Shown here: positions 26,157 to 38,659 of the stretch, piece after piece | Layout of the letters: each line of letters begins with the position of its first letter | Position numbering within the stretch: the stretch's first letter is position 1 | Notes under the pieces: model-generated | Databases searched by the model: none | The model's input: only the letters and a program-made list of their open reading frames with translations | Told to the model about the DNA's origin: nothing | Assembly (NCBI RefSeq): GCF_006345805.1 | Contig: NC_042998.1 | Coordinates: 95,542,001-95,606,000, forward strand | From: Octopus sinensis | Taxonomy: Eukaryota | Length of the DNA: 64,000 bases | Direction of reading: 5' to 3' | Made by a program: the position numbers and the translations under genes

Positions 26157-26705
26157 TAATAATAATAATAATAATAATAAGAAGAAGAAGAAGAAGAAGA
26201 AGAGAAGAAGAAGAAGAAGAAGAAGAAGAAGAAGGGGATGAAGGTGAAAACAATACCAGTAATAATTGGAGTATTGGGTATGATATAAAAAACGTTTGAA
26301 CATAAACGTAGAAACTGTACCTGGACCCTCAACACTACACACTATAAAAAAGCCCTGCTACGAACAGCTTACATCCTACTCATTATCAATTCAATAACAC
26401 AATCCAAACAAAGCAATCCACAAACAGAAGGCACACGCTATACAGTAAATACAGAGCCACCACATGTACTCTACAGGCCAGATATCCAACAGAAGAATAC
26501 AACTTGCATTACTCACACACCACAAAAAATACAAACGCCAATACTATTACAAAACAACTGATGCAATACAATACCGGGAAGAGTTCGCACTCCCCCCCCC
26601 AATAACAAAAATGAATACACAATACGTCACACACTTCAGCAACACGGAGGTGCAGCAGATGATGCAGTAGAAATCTGCCTGAAACTATCAAACTTTGAAT
26701 AATAA
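25633..26705 (+). repeat. ~600-bp tandem duplication of an R4/Dong-like 3' end (25633-26105, 26234-26705)
   Basis: Near-identical copies differing mainly at homopolymers. Each is preceded by (TAA)n(GAA)n and followed by (TAA)n. Confidence 0.88.
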
Positions 26706-26706
26706 T

Positions 26707-26768
<62 letters not shown>

Positions 26769-26774
26769 TAATAA

Positions 26775-28065
26775 CTGAAACAAACAGTAGTCTGTCCAAA
26801 ACAAGCAGAACTAGTCATTACAGTTAGGGAAGTGAAGGAAATCAGCAAAAAATCTGCAACTGGAAGGCCCCTGGACCAGATGGAGTTCAAGGCTACTGGA
26901 TCAAAAGATTTGGTGAATGTCATGCACGACTCAGTAACACCAGAGGGGTTGACATTAGGTAGGACAGTGCTGTACCTAAAAAACATCGAAAAAGGTAATA
27001 CGGTAGACTATTACAGGCCGATATCCTGTTTGCCACTTATTTGGAAGTTATTGACTGGAATACTCGCGGAGTCAATGTACGAACATCTGGAAAAAATGGA
27101 CTCTTGCCACATGAGCAGAAGGGTTGCAAGTATGATATGTAAAAAAAGGCCACAGAACCGCTATTATTAGAAGTAGGAAGGTCAGGTTTGTGTAGGATGA
27201 AAGATTGAAAACGAATGAAACTGAAAATAGGTGGGTTAAGAAAAGAATGCTTGGTCAATTTCATAGGGATGTTGAAGATAAGACAGACAGAGAAAAAAGA
27301 TGGCCGTGGATGACTAAAAGTTATTTAAAACTGGAAACGGAGGCTCTAATCTGTGCTGCCCAAGGGCAAGCACTAAAAATAAACTACATAAAATACAGAT
27401 TAGACAACACAGCAGAAAGTGATAAGTGCAGAATCTGTGGATAAAACGGTGAAACCGTATGGCATATTACCAGCCAATTTACGTCACTAGCCCAGAAGGA
27501 ATATAAGAGACGCCACGACAATATAACAAGGCTTGTCCATTGGACACTCTGCAACAAATATGGACTTGACAAAGCAAACAATTGATACGACCACGAACCT
27601 GAAGGCATTGTCGAAAATAGAAATGCAAAGATCCTATGGGATTTTATGATTCAGTGCGACCATGAGAATAAGAATAGGAAGCCGGACATAGTTTTAATTA
27701 AGAAAGAAAACAAACTATGCTAGATCATAGATATAGCATGCTCAGCTGACAACAAGGTATGCGATAAGGAAGAAAGAAAAGTCGAGAGATATGACAGGTT
27801 AGCTTGAGAGGTTAAGCAGTTGTGGTCGATGAAAAAGGTAGCAGTAGTGCCAATAATTGTCGGAGCCCTGGGAACAGTGAGCAAAAATCGCAAGAAGTAC
27901 GTAGAACAAATAGGGGCTGCAGTAAGGGTGGAGCACTTGCAGAAAACAGCACTGCTTTGAACCGCTCGAATATTTCGGAAGGTACTCGAAAAAGGAGGTG
28001 TTACCTTGTTCACTGGCAGTGAACAGCTGGCACTGTAGTACATCTCCAGCGTTAGAAGCTATGCA
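26775..28065 (+). mobile_element. R4/Dong-clade non-LTR retrotransposon relic, internally deleted
   Basis: YRPISCLPLIWKLLTG; ETEALICAAQGQAL; CRICG..ET..HI; KILWDFMIQCD...RKPDIV...IIDIA; VPIIVGALGTV...LQKTALL. (TAA)n at both ends. Confidence 0.85.
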
Positions 28066-28077
28066 AAGACAATAATG

Positions 28078-28148
<71 letters not shown>

Positions 28149-28299
28149 ACTACGATTATTATAGGCTGGTCTATTATAACTACCTCGGTACTTGACTGGT
28201 ATATTATTTTATCGACCTCTGAGGGAGTAAAAGCAAACCTTACCATCTGCTGTCGATATCCTCTGATTGGAAAACTCAATGTATCGAGAATGCTGATGT

Positions 28300-28479
28300 T
28301 CAGACGCGCTGAGGCTGTAGCATCGTCAAATATTCCTTGATAGTGTGCAGGGGTGGTTGATTTTTGTCAGGCACATCTTTCCACAACTCGTCTCTTTCTC
28401 GGATTTTGTTTCTGAGAAAAATTGTTTCTGTATATAAACGTTGTACGTAAAAACTCATTGAGCCAAATTCCGAACAATG
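28300..28479 (-). other. Unidentified stop-free 59-codon stretch
   Basis: HCSEFGSMSFYVQRLYTETIFLRNKIRERDELWKDVPDKNQPPLHTIKEYLTMLQPQRV* has protein-like composition but no recognised family. Confidence 0.25.
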
Positions 28480-29226
28480 TCAGCGGACTTCCAAACACCG
28501 TTCTTTGGTATGATTTCGCCTCTTCAGTTGCAGATGCCACTTAAGTCGTTTAGAGCTAAACAGGAACTTCTGTTTAACAGTAGATAATGCATTTGCTGCT
28601 GTGTACCGAGGCGTAAAATGCTGGAATGATTTTAGTGATACACATGAAGCATCGAGTCTCAAACTAAGGATGTATAGACTTATTTTGAACACAGTCCGCT
28701 ACACCAAAACGTGAAGGCATTCACTACGGCATTTTGTCTCGAAGAAAAGATTTCCCGCTTCAGACTTTGTGGTAAAAATATGTCGAACCGAACTCCACGT
28801 GACGCCAGTAGACTACCAGATACAGTGATTCGGCATGATTTCGCCGATACTTTCTTCTGCGACAGCATTAAGAGAGTCTGACCACAAATATGGTAGCAAC
28901 AGATATGCTCCTAAGAATTTCGAAACAGTATTTTTAAAATAAAATAAATGTTAAAATAGGACAAACAGAAAAAATGTATAGCAATTAAACAACCAAATAT
29001 AGTTAGAAGCACAGATTCTAACACTTTAAAAAATACACAGGAAGAGTGACAATGTCACAAAAAATGCACTTTTGTCAACACAGACTCAAACTGCAATACG
29101 TATGTGTCGATAGACAAAATTTTAACAATTTTTTGCTTGCCACTATTGTAAGAAAGTTACAAGCGCCGGATATAGATCGGTTTTTGGAAAAAATGACATA
29201 GAAATTTGTCGAAAAAGACATGTGTG

Positions 29227-29649
29227 ATGAGAGACATGCTTCTGGATGAATGGAAGAGGTCAATATATGTCGTCAAAGGAGGAGTTTGAGGAATCCTTGA
29301 CTGATGTATGTGTGGTTCAGTATATGTTCTATCGACAGGGACACGAGCGTATCGCAGTGTGCTTGATATTTACTCTGAATCAACATTAAAAAATCCAGTG
29401 GGTTTACGATACAGCTCGAGAGAAAAAGAAGAGATCATTGTGCTAATTAAAGAATATGGTCAAATAATTTTGTGGAATTTTCCAATGCTAGGTTATTAGT
29501 CGAAATCAGATTTGCAATTTACTTCAGCTAAGAGTACGTGGAGTATTCGCGCAGACTTTAACACGATTACGAATATCTACGGAAGCACCAATTTCCCGTG
29601 GCAGGAGCAGATGGTGTTTGAAGACGTGAAGTATCTCGATCTCACCTAA
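29227..29649 (+). pseudogene. Unidentified degraded reading frame (141 codons, 3 internal stops)
   Basis: MRDMLLDEWKRSIYVVKGGV*GILD*CMCGSVYVLSTG...LWNFPMLGY*SKSDLQFT...NIYGSTNFPWQEQMVFEDVKYLDLT*. Confidence 0.35.
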
Positions 29650-29761
29650 GTTGCAATTCTCACCCATGTTTAGGCTGATTGTCCTATTTTGTGATAATGC
29701 ATTTCATATTTACATACATACATATGCACACACACATACACACACACGTACACACACACAC

Positions 29762-29805
<44 letters not shown>

Positions 29806-29989
29806 TCCTTGTTCATTTTACATGTATTTATTTGTGTAACAAGCTAGATTTTCTTTATTAAGTCTTTACACTATAGAATTTAGCCACACCTCTGTTTCTC
29901 AAATAACTAGCTGCGTATATCTCCATACGACCTTTAACTTGTACCAAATAACTGAAATTAATATGTGAAAAGCCATTAATAATCGTTGA

Positions 29990-32150
29990 AATTCCGGAAG
30001 CAATGAGCGAATGGACAAGTTGCAAATCACTCGGTTTGGATGAATTCTGTGTGTTCATGCCAGGTTTGCTTCGTGACCTCTTGGCAGACGTCTACTGCAA
30101 CGGGCAACGGAACAGGAAAATTCCTAATGCTGTTAGCCGGGATGTGGTAATACTGTTGAAGAAGGACGCCGACAATGGGGGTGTACTAGGGAATTTTCGG
30201 CTCATAACCCTGCTAGACACACAGTTTAAGATTTTGGTCAAGGTGTTAGCAAAAAGATTGGCGCTTGTCGTTGGAAGTCTGGTCGGGGAAGCGCAAACGT
30301 GTGCAATCCCGAACAGGTCTATCCACGACAACCTCCACCTTATATGATACATCATGGAGAGGGCTGGGACCAAAGCTGGCTTCGAGAGTGCTCTGATCAG
30401 TTTGGATCAGTTCAAGGCATTCGATAGGACCGACCATCGCTATTTGGAAGCCGTCCTGAAAGCAAGCGGTTCCGGACCCGTTTTCAGAGTCTGAATCATT
30501 GCAATGCACCTGCTCGGTGGTCAAAATAAACGGCCATCTATCGGAACCGTTTAGTATCGCACGCTCGGTCCGTCAGGGCTGCCCGCTGTCGCCTCTTCTG
30601 TACGTATTAGCACTTGAGCCACTGTTGCAGAAGTTGGAGTTAAGGGACACCCCTTTCGAACTGGGACTCGGAAGGGCAGTATCGGAGTATGGCGGACGAC
30701 TCCAAAGTCGAGACGGTCGGTACCATTCTAGAGGAATATGAGTCGGTTGCGGGGCAAAAATAAACGCCGACAAATCGGGTTTGCGGTTGTGCTCCTGGAA
30801 AGGTAGGTCGATGCCATCGGATGGCATTGTTGGACACAGGACCGACGGACCAGTTAAACTACTCGGAGTCTGGTTTGGTCCCGATCTCCAGGTAGATAAG
30901 AACTAAAATAAGAGGACGAGCAGGGTAGCTAAGCTTATCCAGAAATGGGCCGAGAGGAAGCTGTCCCTGAAGAGTCGCGCAGAGGTGGTGAATGCCTACA
31001 TCGCCTCCGTTATTATTTTCGCCTGATCGCCGTACCTTCTTCTGGTTATTGCTTGATTTGGTTGGAGTGTCTCTTATTTAATTTCTTGTGGAAGGGACAT
31101 TTTCTAATGGTCAGCCGGTCAGTCTGAGTGGCAGATTAGGTATGCTGTGGATTCTAATGCGCAGAAATGCTCTTAAGTTGTGGAACCTGCAACGATTTCT
31201 GGACGGTGAGCGCGTGTGGTCTCCGTTTGTGAGAGACGTCCTTCCGCAGCTCGTCTCCTTGACGGAGCTAGTGTCCTGGGTGAAGAAAATCTGAGACATA
31301 GCGCCTGGCACCTAGAATATCGTTAGGCGCCCACAGCCCTCTACCAGTAGGGCAATGGGATCGATAGATGTCCCACTTTAGAAATTTGTAGAAGATTAGT
31401 GGCAGGGAAGTGTGACGACGTTCTCGGCGTCGACGAAAACGAACCGGTCAGTCTGTTCTGGAGGACATTCCGGTCTGGAACTATCATGGATAATTTCCAG
31501 ATATCCTTGGCCTGACATTGCTTCTGGGGATTAGATAAACTCTATTGGCGCGGGTGTACTGTGAGACGGGCTTGTCCGTGGCGCGCGCAGAATGACGAAC
31601 CGTTCTGCATGCAGTCGTTTAGTGTCCGGGAATTTCTGACTTGTGGGGTAACGTCGAACAGAGGCTGTCACGTGTGGGACGGATCTATCTATTGGCTGAG
31701 CCTAACCAGGTAATTCTACTGAGGATTGCCCCGCCGCCCTCCTTTAATCGGGCAGGAAAGGTAGTTTTACTTTGCCTAGTGGCTGTGGCGAAGGAGGTTC
31801 TTTGGTGGACAAGGCTAAAAAGCATGAGGGCAGATACATTTCTTCTTTGGTAGAGCTCTCATTGACTGCTTCAAACTTCGCTTGAAAATGAAATTGAGGA
31901 TGGAGAGGGAAGTGCTGTCTTCGAGTGAGTTTACTGAAAGGTGGGCCAAAGTTGCGAAATTGGCAAGAGTGGACAGCCTACATCTCTATCATCCCCAACC
32001 CTTTTATTGTTAACCTTTGTATAGTATTTATATTTCTTTCTCTTTTCACTGAATATCGTGTATACTTACTCTTCTTTTTTTATCATTACATTATATGTAA
32101 ATCTCCATACTTTCATCCTTCGCTCTGGTGGCAAATAAATGAAATTATTA
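29990..32150 (+). mobile_element. Tx1/L1-clade LINE ORF2 relic (RT to 3' end)
   Basis: FRLITLLDTQFKILVKVLAKRL; SIHDNLHLI; SLDQFKAFDR; SVRQGCPLSPLLYVLALEPLL. The 3' end has AATAAA then (ATT)n. Confidence 0.85.
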
Positions 32151-32159
32151 TTATTATTA

Positions 32160-33295
32160 CCACTGGTCAGGCGCTCCATTTGCTGTCAACAACCGCTGAA
32201 TGGAGGACTGGGCATGCCGCGGTTACTGACGCGCAGACATGCGCTGAGGTTGCAACATCTCCAGCGTTTCCTTGACGGTGAGCAGATGTGGTCACCGTTT
32301 GTCAGGTACAATTTTCCACAGCTCGTCTCTTTGACTGAACTGCAAACCTGGATTAGGCATAGTTTGAGAAGGGGCGATTGGCACCTCGAGTGCCGTCAGG
32401 CACTCACAGCCTTCCGCCAAGCGAGCAATGCAGTCGGTGGTAGTTCCACTCTAGCATTCTGTAGAGGGCTAGTGGAGGGAAAGTGCGACGACGTTCTCGA
32501 GGAAACTCCGGGCGTCGCTGAAGATCAACTAACCGGTCTGTTTCGGAGAACTTTCGGGCCTGGGCCTCTGGATAACTTCCAGAAATCCCTTGCCTGGCAG
32601 TGTTATCGAAGGGCGCTATCTGTTCGAGATAAACTTTACAGGCACGGAAGTGCAGTCAGCTGGACCTGCCCTAGGTCGTCTAGAACGATGAAACCGTTCT
32701 GCAAGCCCTAGTCCAGTGCCCGAGTATTGCAAACCTGTGGGTTTATACCGAACATCTGCTGTCGCGTGTAGAACGGATCCGGCTATCAGCTGAATCCAAT
32801 GTGAAGATTGCTCCGTCACCCTCTTTTGGCCGGGAGAGGCAGGCAATTTTTATTTGTCTAGTGGCTGTAGCGGAAGAGGTAGTATAGTGGACCCGTTTGA
32901 AAGGGCTAAAGACAGACACTTTCCTCTTTGGCCAAACCCTCATCAACTTTTTCAAGTTTCACTTGAAAAGGAAGTTGAGGGTGGAGAGGGAAATGTTGAC
33001 TTGTAGCAAGTTTGTTGAAAGGTGGGTGAATGTTGGAAGAATGGCCAGTGTGAAAGGACCAATTCTGAGCGTGTACCTATAAAACGGTAATTAAATGAGA
33101 AGGGCTCTTGCCCTGTAGGCCAGGCACCCATGGGGTTTTCCACGAGGACCTTAAAGCGTCTCCCCTATTAGGAGTTTTAATTTGTTTAATTTTTTATTGT
33201 TAGTTATATTGCTTACACGCAGAAAACTCATTGTATCGTCCCGTTTTTGCCTTATATGTTGTTGCATGTCCTTTAATATTATTATATGTGATCTA
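32160..33295 (+). mobile_element. Second, 5'-truncated Tx1-like LINE of a related subfamily
   Basis: PLVRRSICCQQPLNGGLGMP...LQRFLDGEQMWSPF is paralogous to 31100-31960 and ends at (ATT)n. Confidence 0.8.
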
Positions 33296-33316
33296 TTATT
33301 ATTATTATTATTATTA

Positions 33317-33386
<70 letters not shown>

Positions 33387-33418
33387 TATTATTATTGTTG
33401 TTGTTGTTGTTGTTGTTG

Positions 33419-33458
<40 letters not shown>

Positions 33459-33480
33459 CATTATTATTATCATTATTATT

Positions 33481-34030
33481 GAGTGAGAGAGCAGTGCATG
33501 CCATCAAAGTGACACTGGGGTAAAATATACGAAGCCCAGTATACCCATCATGACTACTCGTCTGATAAGGGTACACTAGGCACATGCATCACAACCATAT
33601 GTGCGCGACATGGTGATCTCATATCAAGATAAACAGCACATGGCTTTGCAAGAGGGTCCCCGTTAGAATTTTCTTCTGGTCGAGTAGCCCATCCCGCTCA
33701 AAAGGTCCCTGAATAAGGGTTGTTTAAGGATGTTGAACGAAACACCCCCATGTTTCCAGAGGTGAATTATTCAAACACCCAAAAATCCCTCTCAACACAT
33801 GGCTATGATGCTCCTCCCTACTTCTGCTCGTGATCAGAGATGCACATATCGTCAGCCACTAAGGTACATGCTCAACTGGTCAAGCAACTGGCATGCAAAT
33901 CTGTGGTATTGAGTAGAATATTTGATGTAGCCCATCTTTTTTATCAAGGCAAAACAATGCACATGATAACACTTCCAATCATTTAAGATCAGAAGCCATG
34001 AGAGCCACTCGTGGTACTGCATAAGGGCAT
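33481..34030 (-). mobile_element. (TAA)n-bounded repeat, second copy
   Basis: Close match to 22387-22861 with a longer far end. Confidence 0.65.
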
Positions 34031-34769
34031 TTTTTATTATTATCAGCCTGTGAAGTCATACAAAGTTGTAGTTCCGTGATTTGTAAGTGTTTAAGCAATC
34101 GTTTCGGCTGGTTGTAGCCCGTTCATTCAAAATTTCATTTAACAAATATTTTGCTTGTATTGTCTTGATTGTGGTGGTAACATTTGGAGTAATTTCTCCC
34201 CCGTTTTGAGGGTGTAATAATTGTTTTGCATTTTCGCATTTTTGTGAAAACAGGATTTTATTCATTTTTTTTTCTTCCAACTCTAAAATATGTCGGATCA
34301 TGAAAAAATTATAATAATCGACCAAGAGCAGCGTTCTGTTGACTTACTTTAAACTCCTAACAGAAACGCAGGCGAAGGTGAAATTAATTTCTCGCCAAAG
34401 GGAAATATAATTTCCTCCTTTTGCTATGACAGTAACAAGTACAAAAGTACCAACAACAACGATTATGACGACCACGACGACAGCAGCAACAACAATGTGA
34501 ACAGCAACAACAGCACCACCACCACCGCTAACAACAACAACAATACCATGAACACCGACTGAAGCATGAAGGAGGGAGCGGAGACGATCACTAACACCGC
34601 TACCATCACTGTCATCACGAGGACCAACCAGAGTAACAAAAGTAAGGAAGAAAGTAATGACAAATAAAGAAAAGAATTCTTTCACGCGAAACACCTGCAG
34701 ATTTCGCCACTGCCGCCACTACCACGTCAAACAAAGAAAAAGAAAAGATTTTCAAAGCAACAACGTCGG

Positions 34770-36270
34770 TTGCTTCTTCTTAACAAGCACAAAGTAGATT
34801 TGTCGAAATGTGCCGCACGATGGAAGAGGTGCAATTCTCAGAAACTTCCTTGGTTAGAGCTAACTAGAATCGAAAGGACAGTTCACCTGAACACACCAGA
34901 GGAGGTGCAGGAAGAGACATGGAGGAGCACCATTAGATACAGATGTATATAATTGAAAACGCACAAGATGGAACGAGTCACGCAGGCTCAGTTCGAAAAT
35001 GCCTGAGACCTGTATGGAACCAAAAGTCTTACGTCACACGTGGTAAAAGCTTTGGTACAGTAGATGTGGATCTTTTCGCTTTGACCGGCAGATTTTTTTA
35101 ATAATTTCTTTGTAACTAAACACTTTTAAACTTCGTATACTGGTAGAATCCGGAGATATTGAATTCACCTCAATAGACGTCATTGATTGGTTGAAATTGC
35201 CGAAATGCAAGAAATTAAAGAACAAATAGCTTACAAACTATAGAATTTTCTCAAGAAAACCAAGAGAAAAAGATGTTTTATGAACACATTCTACCAGTAT
35301 ACGAAGTTTAAAAGTGTTTAGTTACAAAGAAATTATTAAAAAAATCTGCCGGTCAAAGCGAAAAGATCCGATGTGGGATTCACAAGTGAACAACTGGCCA
35401 AAAAAATCTTGAAGACCGAAGAATTACATATATTTCCCACATACCTCGGTACAGCGGCCGTATTGTACGGTATAGAAGAGAAATATAGAGAGATGTTTCT
35501 TGAAACAAAGAAACACAAAAAAGAAAATTGGTACGGTACTGTGATGGAAATCTTATTGCATGCAGATTTCCAAACTGCACAAGAGATCCCAGATATCATC
35601 GAGCTCCCTGGAGGTTCAAAATTATTTGTAGCGGCAGAGGACAGAAAGCTCAGATGTCACATTTGTGGCCAAACGAACCACTTAAAGGCTTTCTGCCCTA
35701 GATAATCAAAAAGAAAAAAAAAATTGCACTACTGCAGTCACAGCAACAAAAGCAACAGCAACAGTAGCAGCAACACCAGTCACAGCAGCATCGACAGCAG
35801 CAGCAGCAGCAGCAGCAACAACAACAACAACAACAGCAGTGGAAGCAACAGCAGCAAACAAAATAAAGAATTCACCAACACCGAAGAGCAACAAAAACAA
35901 CAGCAGCAGTACTCCCCAAAACAACAATAACCTTAGCAACAAAGCACGACAAAAATGCCCCACAAGATTTGCCTCTACCCTCTTCCGAACACTCAGACAT
36001 GTCCTGCGCAGAGTAGGAGGAAGAAGAGCCTAAATGGCAACAAGTCGCCAGATCTAAAAGAAAAAGGAGCAAAAATACACCAACTAAAACACAAAAATCT
36101 TTCCCCATTACCAACCACACCAGCACCGTCAACAACAGCATCCCCATCAGCGCCGTCAGCATCACCACAAGTACAACTCAATTCACACACACAACTCGCT
36201 GCCGGCACACACCCAACACTAGCAACACACAATCATCAACTACACAACAATAAGCACAAGCAATAAAGAA
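34770..36270 (+). mobile_element. LINE ORF1 (gag-like, CCHC zinc knuckle) relic
   Basis: 35373-35705 ends in CHICGQTNHLKAFC (CX2CX4HX4C). The upstream frame ...RGKSFGTVDV|GFTSEQLAKK joins once the MITE is removed. A Q/S/N-rich tail follows. Confidence 0.75.
35068..35369. mobile_element. 302-bp MITE with perfect 82-bp TIRs and 5-bp TSD GATGT
   Basis: TIRs at 35068-35149 and 35288-35369. GATGT at 35063-67 and 35370-74. Termini GGATC...GATCC. Confidence 0.92.
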
Positions 36271-36504
36271 TTAATGGTACACGTATACAACCACACAGAT
36301 ACTGATTTCATCACACCAGGTACCCTAGACGAAATGCTTAGCGGTGATTCGCCCGTCGCTACCTTCTGAGTTCAAATTCTACCGAGGTCGATTTTGCCTT
36401 TCATCCTTTCGAGAAGGATAAGTCAAATACCAGTGAAACTGGGGTCGATGTAATCTACTAGTTCCCTCCCACCAAATTTCAGGCCCTGTGCTTTTGTCGA
36501 AAAT

Positions 36505-36723
36505 AATGATAACAATAACAGCAACAACAACAACAATTCTTCTTCTTCTTCTTCTTCTTCTTCTTCTTCTTCTTCTTCTTCTTCTTCTTCTTCTTCTTCT
36601 TCTTCTTCTTCTTCTTCTTCTTCTTCTTCTTCTTTTTCTTCTTCTTCTTCTCTTCTTCTTCTTCTTCTTCTTCTTCTTCTTTTTCTTCTTCTTCTTCTTC
36701 TTCTTCTTATTATTATTATTATT

Positions 36724-36812
<89 letters not shown>
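36505..36812. repeat. Compound triplet microsatellite (CAA/TTC/TTA/TCA)
   Basis: Directly visible. Confidence 0.95.
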
Positions 36813-36822
36813 TTTTTATTAA

Positions 36823-37035
36823 AGCGGCGAGCTGGGATAACCATTAACACGCTGGACGAAAATGCTTATCGGCATTCCACCCGTCGCTGCGTTCTGAGTT
36901 CAAATTCCATCGAGGTCGACTTTGCCTTTTATCCTTTCGGGGCTCATTAAATAATTACCAGTTACGCACTGGGATCGACGTAACCGACTTACCTCTTTTC
37001 CCAAAATGTCAGGCCTTTTGCCTGTAGTAGAAAGG
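36823..37035 (+). mobile_element. SINE family B
   Basis: gcggcgagctggga...ctgagttcaaattcc...gaggtcgactttgcctttt. Confidence 0.75.
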
Positions 37036-37859
37036 ATTATTATTATTGTTATTGTCTTCAGTGTTGTTAACGTGTTGCTGCTGCTACAGTCGTACTCAGA
37101 TGAAATATAATAAAATTGTTTCTAAAAAAAAGAAAAGAAAAATATTAATGAATTTACAATGTTTTTCTCAAACTTTTACATTGCGTTATATGCTGTAAGT
37201 GTATATCCATTAATTCTATTCTCTGTGGATGGGTTTATTTATAAGCAAGGTTCATCATAATGTCTTATATAGATAATACCTACGCTTTTGTTCTAACTTC
37301 CGCCTGTTGTAACATTTGCTGCAGTTACTATAATTAGTCTTTTGGTAGTGGTTCTTTATTGAAAAGTCATCAATGACTCTTCCAAGAGAATTTCTTTTCA
37401 AATTGACTTGAATGACTAAGCAAACTTGCTCTTCAGGAAGTCTTTGAAATTAACCCTGTTTCATTACTCGGTTTAATTCCTCTTCAAACAGCTCATTCAT
37501 GTGCTCCAAACGCAATGGACGTTTCTTTTCTTTAGTATTAAAAAAAAAAAAATACTTACACACACAATCGTCATTTCAATTAAATGCTGATTTGTATAAA
37601 ATTAGCTTTTACATTTCACATACTTTAATCTATATTACATGTTGGAAAAGGCTACTTTGTCTGTTCATTGAAGGAAATTACACCAATTTACATATATAGC
37701 CTCTTTAGTATATAGTCTCCTCACGTTTTTAAACATTACTGTGATATCTTGGCAAGTATCACATATTGTAATGAATGCCTAAAAAGAATATACCATTGAG
37801 TCAATAGTATTGAATCTTGAATTCTAGAGAAAGTTAAATGACAAGATATTTCTTACATC

Positions 37860-38225
37860 TTTGACTTCTTTCAGTCATTAGACTGCGGCCATGCTGGGAC
37901 ATCTCCTTGAAGAATTTTAGTCGAGCGAATCGTAAAGTCTCTTACTTATTCTATCAGTTTATTGTACCGTACCGCTAAATTACAGGGACGTAAACACACT
38001 AACACCGGTTGCCAAGCGGCTGTGGGAGACAAAGACACACACACACACACGCACACGCACACACACACAAGATGGTCTTCTTTCAGTTTCTGTCTACCAA
38101 ATCCATTCATTAGGCTTTGGTTGGCCCGTGGTTATAATAGAAGACACTTGCTCAAGGTGCCAACGCTGTGGAACTGAACCCGAAATTATGTGATTGAGAA
38201 TTAAACTACTTACCAGGTGGCCACA
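37860..38225 (-). mobile_element. SINE family A, degenerate full length
   Basis: Same layout as the other family A copies. Confidence 0.75.
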
Positions 38226-38659
38226 CCTGAGAAAGTTAAATGAGAAGATATTAACGATATTTTCATTGATTATAATTTCTTTCCAATACTTAATCATTAA
38301 CAGTAATTATTGTGCAGAGATACTTATGCATATCCGGTTCCCTTGCCTTGGCAATCGATCTTTCAACCGTAATTCGGCCGCTTTAGATGCAAAGCAATTT
38401 TTGGATATATTTAAAAATAAAATGAGCACGTCTTATACGTCGGTAAATACAGTAATTTGCGTCTTGAACTTTCGATGTTACGTTTAATAAACAATAAATA
38501 TTTTATGAGTAGTACAGCGTGTATATGAAGGATTGAAAGTAACTTCAAAATTAGAAAGTGTAGCAGTGAAAGTAAATTATTAGAATTAAATACATTCCTT
38601 TTATGCTATCTATGTGCAATAAAGGAAAGGGGTATCTAGCGATGGCGAAATTGAGCAAG

